A stretch of 63,221 bases of DNA, the filler included, from Reclinomonas americana ATCC 50394 (lineage: Eukaryota): NCBI GenBank assembly GCA_048213135.1. It is 11 parts of 11 records of this genome, joined end to end, with 100 filler letters (N's around TTAATTAATTAA, not from the genome) between each part and the next. Parts side by side here need not be neighbours in the genome. Positions count along the whole stretch, not along the records: positions 43,115 to 48,892 come from AFZH01020390.1; positions 48,993 to 52,916 come from AFZH01020391.1; positions 53,017 to 57,012 come from AFZH01020393.1; 8 more parts are not named here. One strand, given 5' to 3'. Positions 43,225 to 53,695 of the stretch are shown piece by piece (within the stretch, counting starts at the first letter, position 1; every line of letters starts with the position of its first letter). The position numbers were made by a program, and so were the translations under genes. Under the pieces are notes generated by a model. It ran no database searches. It had not been told where the DNA came from and saw nothing but the letters and a program-made list of their open reading frames with translations.

Positions 43225-43622
43225 AATGGGCGCCTCGTCTTCCAACAACACCAGCGCCTCTGTGCATGTTGCGTCTGCTCTCTCTGTGTTGTCACTCCAC
43301 AAACCAGTCTGACACGCGCTCTCTTGGTGCACGCAGGCCACAGTCATGGGCACGGTATGTGCTGTCTGCTCTGCTTTTTGTCGTGTCCATGGTTGCTCAC
43401 TGTTTCCCTTTCTCACTCACAGCGCAACGATGTTATGCATCATCACTGATTTCTCACTGCTGGTTGTTTGTTGCGTTGCTCATTACTTCTTCTTTCGTGT
43501 TGCAGATGAGCGTCGATGGCACGCAGGGATACGATGTGACGGCGACGGAGATGGGCGTGGCGAACACGGTGGATGTGTCGACGCGACAGATGCCGGATGA
43601 GGATACGGGGGCGCATGCTTGA
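43225..43622 (+). CDS. Probable 3' end of a hypothetical spliced gene
   Basis: Polypyrimidine-CAG acceptors at 43224, 43337 and 43506, a GTATGT donor, and a GC-rich final exon. The frame is ambiguous. Confidence 0.3.
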
Positions 43623-43759
43623 GGGATGGAGCGCGGCGTGGAGCTTGTTAAGTCTCTCGTAAACAGAAGCGTAACGAGGAGCTGGGAGGGTGAAGGGGGG
43701 AAGGAGAAGGAAGCGTTGTTTCTCAGCTCGTGTGCGAAATGCTTGTCACCAAGGATCGT

Positions 43760-44400
43760 GCTTGGCGTCCGGTGCATGTCATGACATCGGTCGGCAGAGA
43801 AACTCTTGTTGCTCTCCGTCGCCTGTCGTGCTTTCCAATGGCACACAACGCACTGCCTTGGACCCTTGTCGGCTCGTGCTTGAATTCAACCATCAATCGA
43901 CACAAAAGCTCTTCATCGAGACGTATGGTTAACACCAATCGCCTGTCAATGCTTTGATCGGCAGAGACGATGGACGCTTGTTGGCTTCACCTGCCATGAG
44001 TTCCATCAGCACAAAGCACTTTCTCCAGACGCATGGGTTCGTCTGTCTCCAACGCTTGGCGTCCGTCGCCTGTCAATGCTTTGATCGGCAGAGCTTATCG
44101 TCTCGAACTCTTGTTGGTTCATGCTTGACATCCATCGCCTACAATGCTTTCCATCGACACAAAGCTCCTTCTCAAGACGAATGCTTAACACCAATCGCCT
44201 GTCAGTGCTTCTATCGGCACTAAATGTTTCGGAACACATGTTGTTTTGCGCTTGGCTTCACCTGCCATGAGTTCAATCAGCACAAAGCACTTTCTCCAGC
44301 TGCATGTCTCCAACGCCTGGCGTCCGTCGCCTGTCATGTGTTCCATCGGCACAGAGCACGTGCAACTTTCAGTGTCGGCCCCTGCTTCACCAGTAACATC
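43760..44400. repeat. Degenerate satellite: ~10-11 monomers of 50-80 bp arranged as a ~260-270-bp higher-order 4-mer
   Basis: The core gcttggcgtcc(g/a)tcgcctgtca(a)tgcttt..atcggcaca(g/a)ag recurs. Blocks at 43981 and 44252, and at 44045 and 44306, are near identical. Confidence 0.8.
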
Positions 44401-44541
44401 GATCCACACAACGCACAGCCTCAATATCATGTGCATGAGGCATTCGCTTCTCGCATCAATATTGTCTCGTCCGTCAACACAGAACGCTACTGCGAGAAGA
44501 AGCTCTCTTTCTCTCTCCCTGAAACCTCACCAGCAAGCGCC

Positions 44542-45750
44542 TCAAGCTACACACTCTCCCTTGCTCTCAATTCCACACGAAGCTGATATCTCTCGCTCTT
44601 TAAGCCTCTGCATCAGATGCCGCCTCCTCAAGCTGTGTCTGTTGCATCTCTCACCCTCACTGCTTCTCCAGCGCACCACAAAAAAGCAAATCTCCATCTC
44701 AAGCGCCTCGCGCATGCCATCCAGCTCCCACAAATGCGCCTCGCCCTCGCCACTCGCCGGCGCCGCGCGCACAAAATACACAAAGTGGTAGCCACCTGAT
44801 CGTCGGCACACCTCCGTCTGCCCAATCGCCACCGTGTCGTCGTGCGCCGCATGCGTAAGTGCACTCTTTCTCTCTCTCTTCCTCCCTTGCACCACTTCAG
44901 CATGCTATTTCACACGAAGCAAATCTCCCTCACACCGAAACCTCTCCTGCGATCGCCTCCCCTGTCTCCCTCCCTCCCTCCCTTCTTCCTCCTCTCCCTC
45001 CTCCCTGCAACCTGCACTCCCATCACAACAGCATTGCTTCATGAGCGCTGAAACAAGCACCAAAAAAACATCATCATTTTCTCCAGGTTCCCCTCCTCGC
45101 ACCGCATCACACGCCGCTCGCATTCACCGCCTACACACACAACATCAGAAACACAGACACAGACAGACAGACACGCTCTGCTCTCTCACACGCAACAGAA
45201 GTCAGCGCCGAGTCCTCACTCGCCAGTGGCGTTGCACCAGTGGTCGGTGATGACGGCATCTGCTCCAACTATACACACAAAGAGTCAGACACGCACAGTG
45301 AGAGCGAGAGAGAGCGAGGGAGAAGACGCAACGCGTTCAGCATATGGCTGCAATCACAGACACAAAATATGATGAACGATGTGAGTGAGAGAAGTTTCGC
45401 ATGCGATCAAAAAAATTACGAGAAAAACACGCGCATTGTGTGTCACATTACACACACAGTGCTCTCTCTCTCTCTCACACACACACACTGCGCATGTGTG
45501 TCTGTGTTCTTGTAGTTGCCGTCACATATATATATTGCGTTTGACTGTATGTATGTACTCACATCAGCTGCGGCACAGTCGACAATAGGTCCACCAGAGT
45601 ATGCGGCTCCCATGGTTGAGAGGTGGATTGCGCGCAGAGAGAGCGGGCAGAGAGAGAGAGTTAAACTTCACAGGACGCAGAGTGACGCAGATGGCACCTA
45701 CTGTCTGTTGTGTGGCACAGTGTACGTGCTTGATAGGCGGCGGTGTCTGC
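44542..45750 (-). CDS. Divergent ubiquitin C-terminal hydrolase (peptidase C12, UCHL1/3-like); may be degenerate; ends uncertain
   Basis: QQTVGAICVT (~45680-45710) aligns with the UCH catalytic motif QTIGNSCGT. HAAHDDTVAIGQTE...YHFVYFV...HLWELDGMR matches the UCH H...GQT...HF..LYELDG motifs. The N- and C-terminal parts could not be assembled cleanly. Confidence 0.55.
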
Positions 45751-46259
45751 ATGCGAGACGTCGGCGTTCACTGAAGCGTGCAAGATGCATGCGCACTTCG
45801 CGAAGTTGCATGCATGTGCAATTGCAAATCAAACAGCTCCGCACGCCTTGTGCTCTTCGTTCACTCAAGCGAAAAGCGTCGTCCTGCAGCGCACTCTTCT
45901 CCGCCTCCGCTACAGGTTGCTTTCTTTCGCCGAGAAGCTTTGCAACGCCATCGACGTTGACGTCCTCTTCTCCGTCACCCTTCCCCTTCCCCCGCCACGC
46001 GGATGTCCCTCCTGCTGGACATCCTCCTGGCCATCCCTCTCCTCCTCCTCGCCTCACGCGCCTCACTCACCGCCGCCCGCATCGCCCTCCGTGCCTCCCG
46101 TCAGCTGCTTCCACCGGACACGGCAGGGAATCAACAAGCAGATCCACTCACCGAAGAGAGAGTTGCGACGCTCCTGCCCTCCCTCCGCTCCCTCCCTCCT
46201 CACTCACGTTCCATCTGATCAACAGGTGCTGTGGCGCGTGGAGGACAGCAGCAGCACCA

Positions 46260-47631
46260 ATGTCGTATCGCGTGCATGAGATTCGCATACGCGATCGCCT
46301 CCTCAGTGTTCCGCGTGGCGTTCTCGGCGCCCTCGGTGAGAACCACCTCACCGAGCTGGTCGATCGAGCAGCTGGTGAGTGAGAGAGAACATTCATCCTC
46401 CTCCTTTACCCTCGCTCACTCGGAACAGATCGCCCCTCGGCGACCTCGGGACCGGCAATCGATCGTGACGGACGACTGGTGCTGCATCGCGATCCGGTGG
46501 CGTTTGAGCTGTTGTTGCAGGTGCTGTACTTTGCGGCGGAGCAGACGTTGCCGCACGCCGGGGCGCACAGCGGACCGTCGTCGTTGCTCGATCACAAGAA
46601 CGATGAGGCGGGGGCGATTGTCAAGTTTATGGTCTCGTGTCACCACTCCTTTGCCGCATGATGCGCATGCAGCTCACCCGATCACTTTCCTTCCCCCCAC
46701 ACACTAGCAATCGACAATGCTGCCATGGCAACGCGATGCGGTGAGCGGTGAGCTGGCCTACTTTCAGTTCCGCGTTCCGTCGACGCTGCTGTCGTCGACG
46801 AGCGATCGCGGCAGGGAATTCACGCCGATGAGTGGCGCCGAAATGTCGGCTCTGCTGTCGAGTGCCCCCGGCGGCCATGGTGCGGCACTGTGCGGGCTCG
46901 ACGTGCGCGAGATGCGCTTGTCGGGCGCTCGCCTCGCGCTCGTGTCGCACACGCTGGCCAACGGCGTGCATCTGCGACGTGCCGCTCTCGCGCAGTGCGT
47001 GGTGGTGGAGAGCGACCTGTCACAGGCCGATTTGCGCGAGGCCACACTGGTGCGGGCCGAGGTGACGGACGCACAGCTCGTGGGCGCCGATCTGCGACAG
47101 GCCAACCTCAACGGCGCCACGCTCACCGACGTCGACCTGTCGGGAGCCAACCTGCGTGGCGCGCACCTCCGCGGCGCTCGCCTGCGCAACTGCACCCTGC
47201 AAGGCGCCGACCTCCGCGACACCGACCTCACCGACGTGATCATGAACGACGTCTCGCTGCTCGACGCCCGCCTCGAGCTCCTCGTCTCCCTGCAAGGCGC
47301 CCAGCTCACCGATTGCCGCCTGCCCGACAACGCCAGCCTCCGCGGTCTCGTACTCAGCGGCACCGTCTTCCACAACGTCGCCATGCCACAGGCCGACCTC
47401 GGAGGCGCCCGACTCGACGCCAGCGACGACGGCATGATCGCCCCTGCGCGATTCACCAACGTCGACCTCAGCAACGCCTCGCTTCTCGACGCCACGCTCA
47501 CCGGCGCCGACTTTATCGACGTCAACCTCTCCGGTGCCCTTCTCGACGCGCATGCCACCGATGAACTTCGCCAGAAGCACGACGGCGGCGCATTGGTCCC
47601 CGCGGACGATGACGAGGAGGACGATTTGTGA
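46260..47631 (+). CDS. BTB/POZ (T1-type) - pentapeptide repeat protein, KCTD9/FIP2-like
   Basis: VHEIRIRDRLLSVPRGVL...DRDGRLVLHRDPVAFELLLQVL...ELAYFQF is T1/BTB-like. It is followed by many A(D/N)Lxx pentapeptides (ADLREATL, ADLRQANLNGATLTDVDLSGANLRGAHL). Stop at 47631; start uncertain. Confidence 0.78.
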
Positions 47632-47650
47632 CGCAATCAGAGTGTGCGCG

Positions 47651-48059
47651 ATGAAGCTGTTGTTTGTGTTGTTGCTGGTGGTGGTCGCTGTGACAGTGGT
47701 GGCAGTGGCAGCGGCGGATGAGTCGCGATACCGATGCGTGAATGCCGACAAGAATGCAAAGTGCAGTGAGGAGCACACATGTGTGTGCACAGAGAAGACG
47801 ATGCCGAAGCCGGTGATCATTGTGCGCGAGACAGACTACACCTGTGCATGCTTGCGTTGCGTATCTTTTGTGGTGAAGAGAAAAAGCGGCTTGTCTGTGT
47901 TTGACACGTGGCAAAAAATGCAACACAGCGTGTGCGCGTGACTGCCGCTATCAGCTGCAGAGCGCTGCGTGTGCGGAGACAGCGGAGGACTCGCTGAAGG
48001 GACAGTGCCGCAAGGTGATTGACGCAGCGCGAGTGTCATGCCGCGCAAAGTGCGGGTAA
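47651..48059 (+). CDS. Small secreted cysteine-rich protein, 107 aa, 2 exons (47651-47843, 47929-48059)
   Basis: Signal peptide MKLLFVLLLVVVAVTVVAVAAA. A phase-1 GT..AG intron with a TTGAC branch-like site joins the exons to give a mature region with 10 Cys ending SCRAKCG*. Confidence 0.7.
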
Positions 48060-48142
48060 TGTGCGAGGAGGAGGGCAAGGGGAGCGACGACACACACGAG
48101 TATGAGTGAACACCAGTGATCATTGAGGAGTACATTGGCAGC

Positions 48143-49244
48143 TCACTTGCCAGCAGCTGCTGTGGTGGCAGTCGGAGGACCTGCAGGTTGTTGTTTCTTC
48201 TCTCCGACTCCGCTTCGCATTGCTTGCACGGTGCGCAGGAGGAGCATTGTGGCGCCGAATGCTGCTGCGCCTGTCACCAGAGGTGCAGGTTCCACGCCCT
48301 TGTCTAGTGCGTAGAGGGCGCCTGCTGTGGCGGCAGCTGCGGCGGTGAATGCAGCGGCCGCCTTCCAGAACTCCACGCGTGGACGCTCCGTGTGCACCAC
48401 ATTGCAGGTGCCGGAGGTGGCGTCGACGAGCACGCCAAAGTCGTGGCCGTTCCATTGGTAGCTGATGACCCACACCGGGTAGAGGACCATGTAGGTGTGC
48501 TTGGTGGCGGTGTCGAACCAGTACTCAATGTCGCGGTAGTGCCGGTACGGACCGATTTGCGAGGTCGCGCGCGCCGCTGCGGCGTAGGAGCGCTCGCTCA
48601 GCACCTCGTTGATCTGCTTGTCCAAGGTGTTGGCGGCGATGGGCAGCTGCAGCTTCCACGTATCGCTGCTCGCCGTGCGCACGCGATCCAGTGTCTCCAC
48701 GGTGAACGTGGTATCGCCAGGCGCCGGCCTCGGCACCGGCGGCACACTGTGATCGGTCGCCGGCACCGCGACCTTCACCGCCGGGAACGCACGGTGCACG
48801 AGTCGCCGCACCACATTCAGATGCACGCCCGAGCGCAGCACCGCATCGCCCGGTGCCACAGTCGCCGACAGCGCTCGAACATACGCCTTGAANNNNNNNN
48901 NNNNNNNNNNNNNNNNNNNNNNNNNNNNNNNNNNNNTTAATTAATTAANNNNNNNNNNNNNNNNNNNNNNNNNNNNNNNNNNNNNNNNNNNNCGATCCAG
49001 CGGACGTGGAGGGCGCCTGTGAGGTGATCGAATGGAGAGTGGGAGGGAGTGTGAGTGAGTGAGAGAGAGAGGGCAAGGGAGTGGAAGGTGTGAGACAGCG
49101 AGTGATTGATTGTTGAGAAGAACATGAGCGCGTGACGGGAGACAGTGACAGGAATGAGCTCAGCAGGTGAGTGTGTGAGGGAGAGGGGGAGAGAGAGCTG
49201 TGTGCTGCAGTGAGTGTAATAACCTTTGAAGGCGTTCCGCCCAT
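48143..49244 (-). CDS. Putative N-myristoylated membrane protein with an LYPVW...Y...G...V...SG...RP domain and two C-terminal hydrophobic helices; joined across the linker by inference
   Basis: A large exon at 48143-48892 contains MVLYPVWVISYQWNGHDFGVLVDATSGTCNVVHTERP, then Ala-rich hydrophobic segments. Same-strand upstream exons MGGTPSK (ATG 49244) and APSTSAGS lie beyond the linker. Confidence 0.55.
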
Positions 49245-49320
49245 GAGGAACGAAGGGAGAGTGCGTGTCCTCTTTGTGTCCTTCATCTGTCTTTCTTTCT
49301 TTGTTTGTTTGTTGTTGAGA

Positions 49321-50049
49321 ATGAGCAAGAACGGGTTCTTGACGCCCAAGGCCATTGCCAATCGCATCAAGGTGTGTCTGTTGGTGTTGTTTGCACGTGC
49401 AGTGTAAGAGGCAGTGACTGTGTGTGAGAGGTGACAGTTGCACTTGTCGCGTGGAGCTTGCGTGCTCCCTGCGTGAGTGTGTCTTGCACTCTACTCTCTC
49501 TCTCTCTCTCATACACGTGTATATGTGTGTATAGCAAGGCGAAAGGGGGTCAGTTTGTTCTTGCACCATCAGTCACAATGTGAATCGACCTCTCTCACTC
49601 CTGTTCTCAAGTACACACAGTCAGCAGCTCATCCTGCTCACTCTCCTCTCTTTCTTCGCCCTTGCCCCCTCACTTTCTCTCACTTTCCAGTCACTGTCTC
49701 TCTTGCTCCCTCACTCAGTTGATGAGCAAGTGGTGCTGCATTGCCCTTCGTTCTCTGTTCTCTCGATTGCAGTCTCTCTTCTCTTTCCACCACTCTCACA
49801 TGCATACACAGTCAGTATCTGTTCCTCGTCACTGTCTCTGTTGACCCTCACTCTACTGATGTTCCATTGTGGAGTCTGCAACCCTCGTTCTCTGTTCTCT
49901 CACAGCCTCGTTCTTGATTGCTGTCTCTCTCTTCTCCTCCCTCTCTCGCACACAGTCAACATCTGTTCCTGTTTACTGTCTCTCCCTGCTGATGTTCCAT
50001 TGTGGAGTCTGCAATCACTCGTTCGCAGTTGCTGCTCTCTTCTCTCACT

Positions 50050-50084
<35 letters not shown>

Positions 50085-52092
50085 AGCATCTGTTCCGAAG
50101 TCTGCAACCCCTCGTTCCCTGTTCCTCTTCCCCACCGTCTCTCTTCTCCCCCCTCTTCCTCTCCCTTCTCCCCTCCCTCACATCCTGTTCCTCCGCAGGC
50201 CAAGGGACTCGGAAAGCTGCGATGGTACTGCCAGATGTGCGAGAAGCAGTGCCGAGATGAGAACGGCTTCAAGGTCAGCACTCTTTCCCTCTCCTCCCTC
50301 TACCCTCTCTGTCTGACTGCGGTTCATGCAGTGCCACTGCACGTCGGAGAGCCACATGCGTATGATGGAGCTCTTTGCGCAAAATCCCAATCGCTTCATG
50401 GACCAGTTCTCCAAAGACTTTGAGGCGCACTTTCTCGAAGTGCTCAGTCGGCGGTGTGTACAGCTTGCTTCTTGCCTTCTCCGTTCTTCTGCTCACTTGT
50501 CTTCTTTAGGCACAACGTGTCGCGAGTCAATGCCAACCAAGCGTACCAGGAGTACATTGCCGACAAGGAGCACATCCACATGAACTCCACCGTGTGGACC
50601 ACACTCACCGAATTCGTCAAGTATCTTGGTCGCACCGGCAAGTGTCACGTGGAGGATACGCCCAAAGGCTGGTTCATCACGTGGATTGATCGAGATCCAC
50701 GCGCGATTGCCAAGCAGGTTTGTGTGTAGGAGCAGCTTCTCATTCTCCAGTCAATGCTCATTCCTCCTTCCAGTTCTTGTGCTTTCTCTCTCTCTTTGGG
50801 TTGCTCCCTTCTCTTCCTGTCTTCGATCTCTCTCTTTCTCAAAGCTGCCGGCTTTCCTTCTTCCCTCCTCATTTCCTTTCCTCTTCCGTCTACTTTCCTT
50901 CCGCCTTTACCTCTCATTTCCTCACTCTCACTCTCCTTTCCTTCCTCGCCCTAGCTCTCTCTTTGCAGGTCCCTCCTCCCTTCATCTTCCATCTTGCTCG
51001 CCTTCCCCTTCTCTCTTCATCCACTCCTTTCCTTCCCATCTACTCCCCACCCCTTTCCCCCTCCCCTCATCCTCATCCTCCCTTCCCCTTCTCTCCTCGT
51101 ACGCCCCTTTCTCTCCCTTCCTCCCCCCTTCCCCCTTCTTCTCCCCTTTCCCCCTTCTCTCATCCCCATCCTCTCTTCCCCTTCCCCTTTCCCCAGTCTC
51201 CCCTTCTCCTCACTCTCCCCTGCAGGAAGCACTGGCCAAGAAACAACGCTCCGACATGGACGACTCGGAACGCTCACACAAATTCCTGGAGGCTCAGGTG
51301 GCCGCCGCCACCGCCGCCGCCGCCTCCAGCACCACTCCGAGCGAGCCCGTCGGTCCGCAGGAACTCATTCGCGGCGAAGACGAGGCGCCTCTGGTGCTCG
51401 ACCTCAACCTCACCAAGAAGGAGGAGAAGGCCGACGATGCGGCGGCCATGCCACCACCGCCCTCCATTTTCGGCGAGCCCGAGAAGAGGAAAAAGTCGCG
51501 CAGTAAGCCGGAGACCACGGAGAGCGGCAGCAAGCGTCCGCGCTCGGAGCTGGAGTCGCTGCTGGCCGAGGAGGAGCAGCGACGTGAAAAGTCGAATCGC
51601 AAGGACTACTGGCTGGCCGAGGGCATTGTGGTCAAGTGCACACACAGCAAGCTGGCCGACGGCAAGTATCTCAACAAGAAGGGCGTGGTGCGTCGCGTGC
51701 ACGATCGGTACGTGGGCGAGGTGAGGATGCTCGACTCGGGCGATGTGCTGCGACTCGACCAAGTGCACCTCTCGACGGTGATTCCGGTGAGTGGCGAAGA
51801 TGGATGGAGGGAAGGAGAGGCGATACATGGCTCACTTTTTCCCTCCGTTTGCTGCAGCAAATCGGGCACGAGGTCCTGATTGTCAATGGAGCGTTCCGTG
51901 GATCGACGGCTGTTCTTGAATCTGTTGCGTTTCTCTCTTTTACACCGTATCCTCTGTGTGGCTTACCACCTGCAATGCGTGCAGGTGGACTTTGACAAGT
52001 TCAGTGCGACGCTGCGCATCAACAAGGGCCCGTACAACGGACGAGTGGTGAGCAACATTGTCTATGAGGATTTCTGCAAGATGGCCGAGTGA
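49321..52092 (+). CDS. KIN: DNA/RNA-binding protein KIN17
   Basis: MSKNGFLTPKAIANRIK|AKGLGKLRWYCQMCEKQCRDENGFK|CHCTSESH, EYIADKEHIHMNSTVWTTLTEFVKYLGRTGKC, KDYWLAEGIVVK, LRLDQVHLSTVIP|QIGHEVLIVNGAFRG, YEDFCKMAE*. Confidence 0.97.
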
Positions 52093-52251
52093 GTGCACAT
52101 GCTCTCTCAAGTACAGCGATGCGTGTTTGGAGAAAAGAGAAATCATTCATAGCTTTACTCCTTATCATGAATGTTGGTGAGTGACAGAGAGAGAGCGAGT
52201 CTGCGCGATGCAAACTCCTCCCGTAATTAGTTTTTCTGGTTTTTCTTTTTC

Positions 52252-52916
52252 TCAAAATCGCTCATCGAAAAAGTGAGTGAGCAGCTCCTGATAGTTTCGC
52301 AGGAACTCACGCTCCGTGACGTAGCCGTAGCTCTTGTCGTCAAAGTCGCGATGCAATTCATCGAAGCGCTTGGCGGCATCGGGCGAGAACGACCATGCCG
52401 TGAAGCGATCGGCACGGGTCTTTTCCGCCTCCCTGTATCGCACGTGGTGAGACTCCGACGCACGTGCGCAAGCTCAGTGGTGAGAGGAGAGAAGACGCAA
52501 CGATCGCACTGGCAACGAGCAAAAGATCTGCACCACGTCGTGCACGAGGTTGCAGAGCGCCTCACTGGTCATGTGCGGCTCGGTCCGTGAATCGTTCTTG
52601 TGGCCGTGGTGGGGGTGGTGCGCCGACAGCTCCACGTACTGCTCAAAGATGCAGTGCACGTCGCTCTTGTCAATGGCCACGTCGCTGTGTGCCGTCGACC
52701 ACACCGTCTCCAGAATGCTGGCCAATCGTCGCATCGCGCGATGCTGATACGCAGCAGTGAGACAGACGAAGGATGATGAGGGAGACAGTAAGAAAACGGA
52801 CGCACCAGCCGCGGGTTGGGCGCGCTCTGTCTCCTGTGTCCGACCACACCCTGCACAATCGCGTCGTGCATCATGCTCGACGTCGGCGACATGATCAGTC
52901 CATTGCTGATTCTGCC
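52252..52916 (-). CDS. 3' part of a hypothetical protein with an EF-hand-like motif
   Basis: The final exon FDELHRDFDDKSYGYVTEREFLRNY resembles an EF-hand loop. An upstream exon reads IDKSDVHCIFEQYV...MTSEALCNLVHD. Confidence 0.5.
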
Positions 52917-53016
52917 NNNNNNNNNNNNNNNNNNNNNNNNNNNNNNNNNNNNNNNNNNNNTTAATTAATTAANNNNNNNNNNNNNNNNNNNNNNNNNNNN
53001 NNNNNNNNNNNNNNNN

Positions 53017-53038
53017 TCTTCTCTCTCTCTCTCTTCTC

Positions 53039-53087
<49 letters not shown>

Positions 53088-53388
53088 CACACACACACAC
53101 ACACACCAGGTCCAACCAAGAAGTTGGATAGGTCATGTTGCCGCCTGGTGTGACTGGATTGACAGGTGCAGTGAGATCCACTGTCAACACACGTGATGGG
53201 CTGTTTCCGGGTGCTTGAGCGACCACATAGAGGAACTCTGTGTGGGTGTGTGTGAGAAGAGAGTGAGCACATGACCATATATGGGTAAAGAGTCAGACAC
53301 AGCGCTCACCAGCGTGTGCGGCGAGAGAGCATGCCAGGGTGATGGCGAGGAGGAGTAAGAGTACGTGCGCGATGCGCAGGCGACGCAT
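53017..53388 (-). CDS. 5' part of a secreted protein (signal peptide; beta-strand-rich start); rest lost in the linker
   Basis: MRRLRIAHVLLLLLAITLACSLAAHA splices in phase 1 to EFLYVVAQAPGNSPSRVLTVDLTAPVNP... Confidence 0.6.
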
Positions 53389-53695
53389 GGCGGGCGTCGC
53401 GGGAGTAGAGGAAGGGAGATGAAGTTCGTCCGTCGCAACCGACTGCCAATGTATTGCATTTCGGCCAATAATCCCCCGGCTTGTGCCCAGGTGTGGTGGT
53501 GGTGGTGTGGGCACGAGAGCTCGTCTCCTCCGCTGACGCTGCTCTTTCAAGCGAACTGCAAACAACCAGTTCCCAATGTATTTATGCATTGCTTTTTTTG
53601 TTCACTGTGGTTTTCGCACGAGTGTTTTTGTGGCACGTAGACTTGAAACACACGGTGTCATACGGCCGTCGTGCAGTGATGTGCTGCGCGCACGA

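Noticed and set aside
43760..44400. CRISPR-like repeat-spacer appearance
   Set aside because: Repeats are too degenerate, the spacers themselves recur with 4-unit periodicity, the context is eukaryotic and no cas genes are present.
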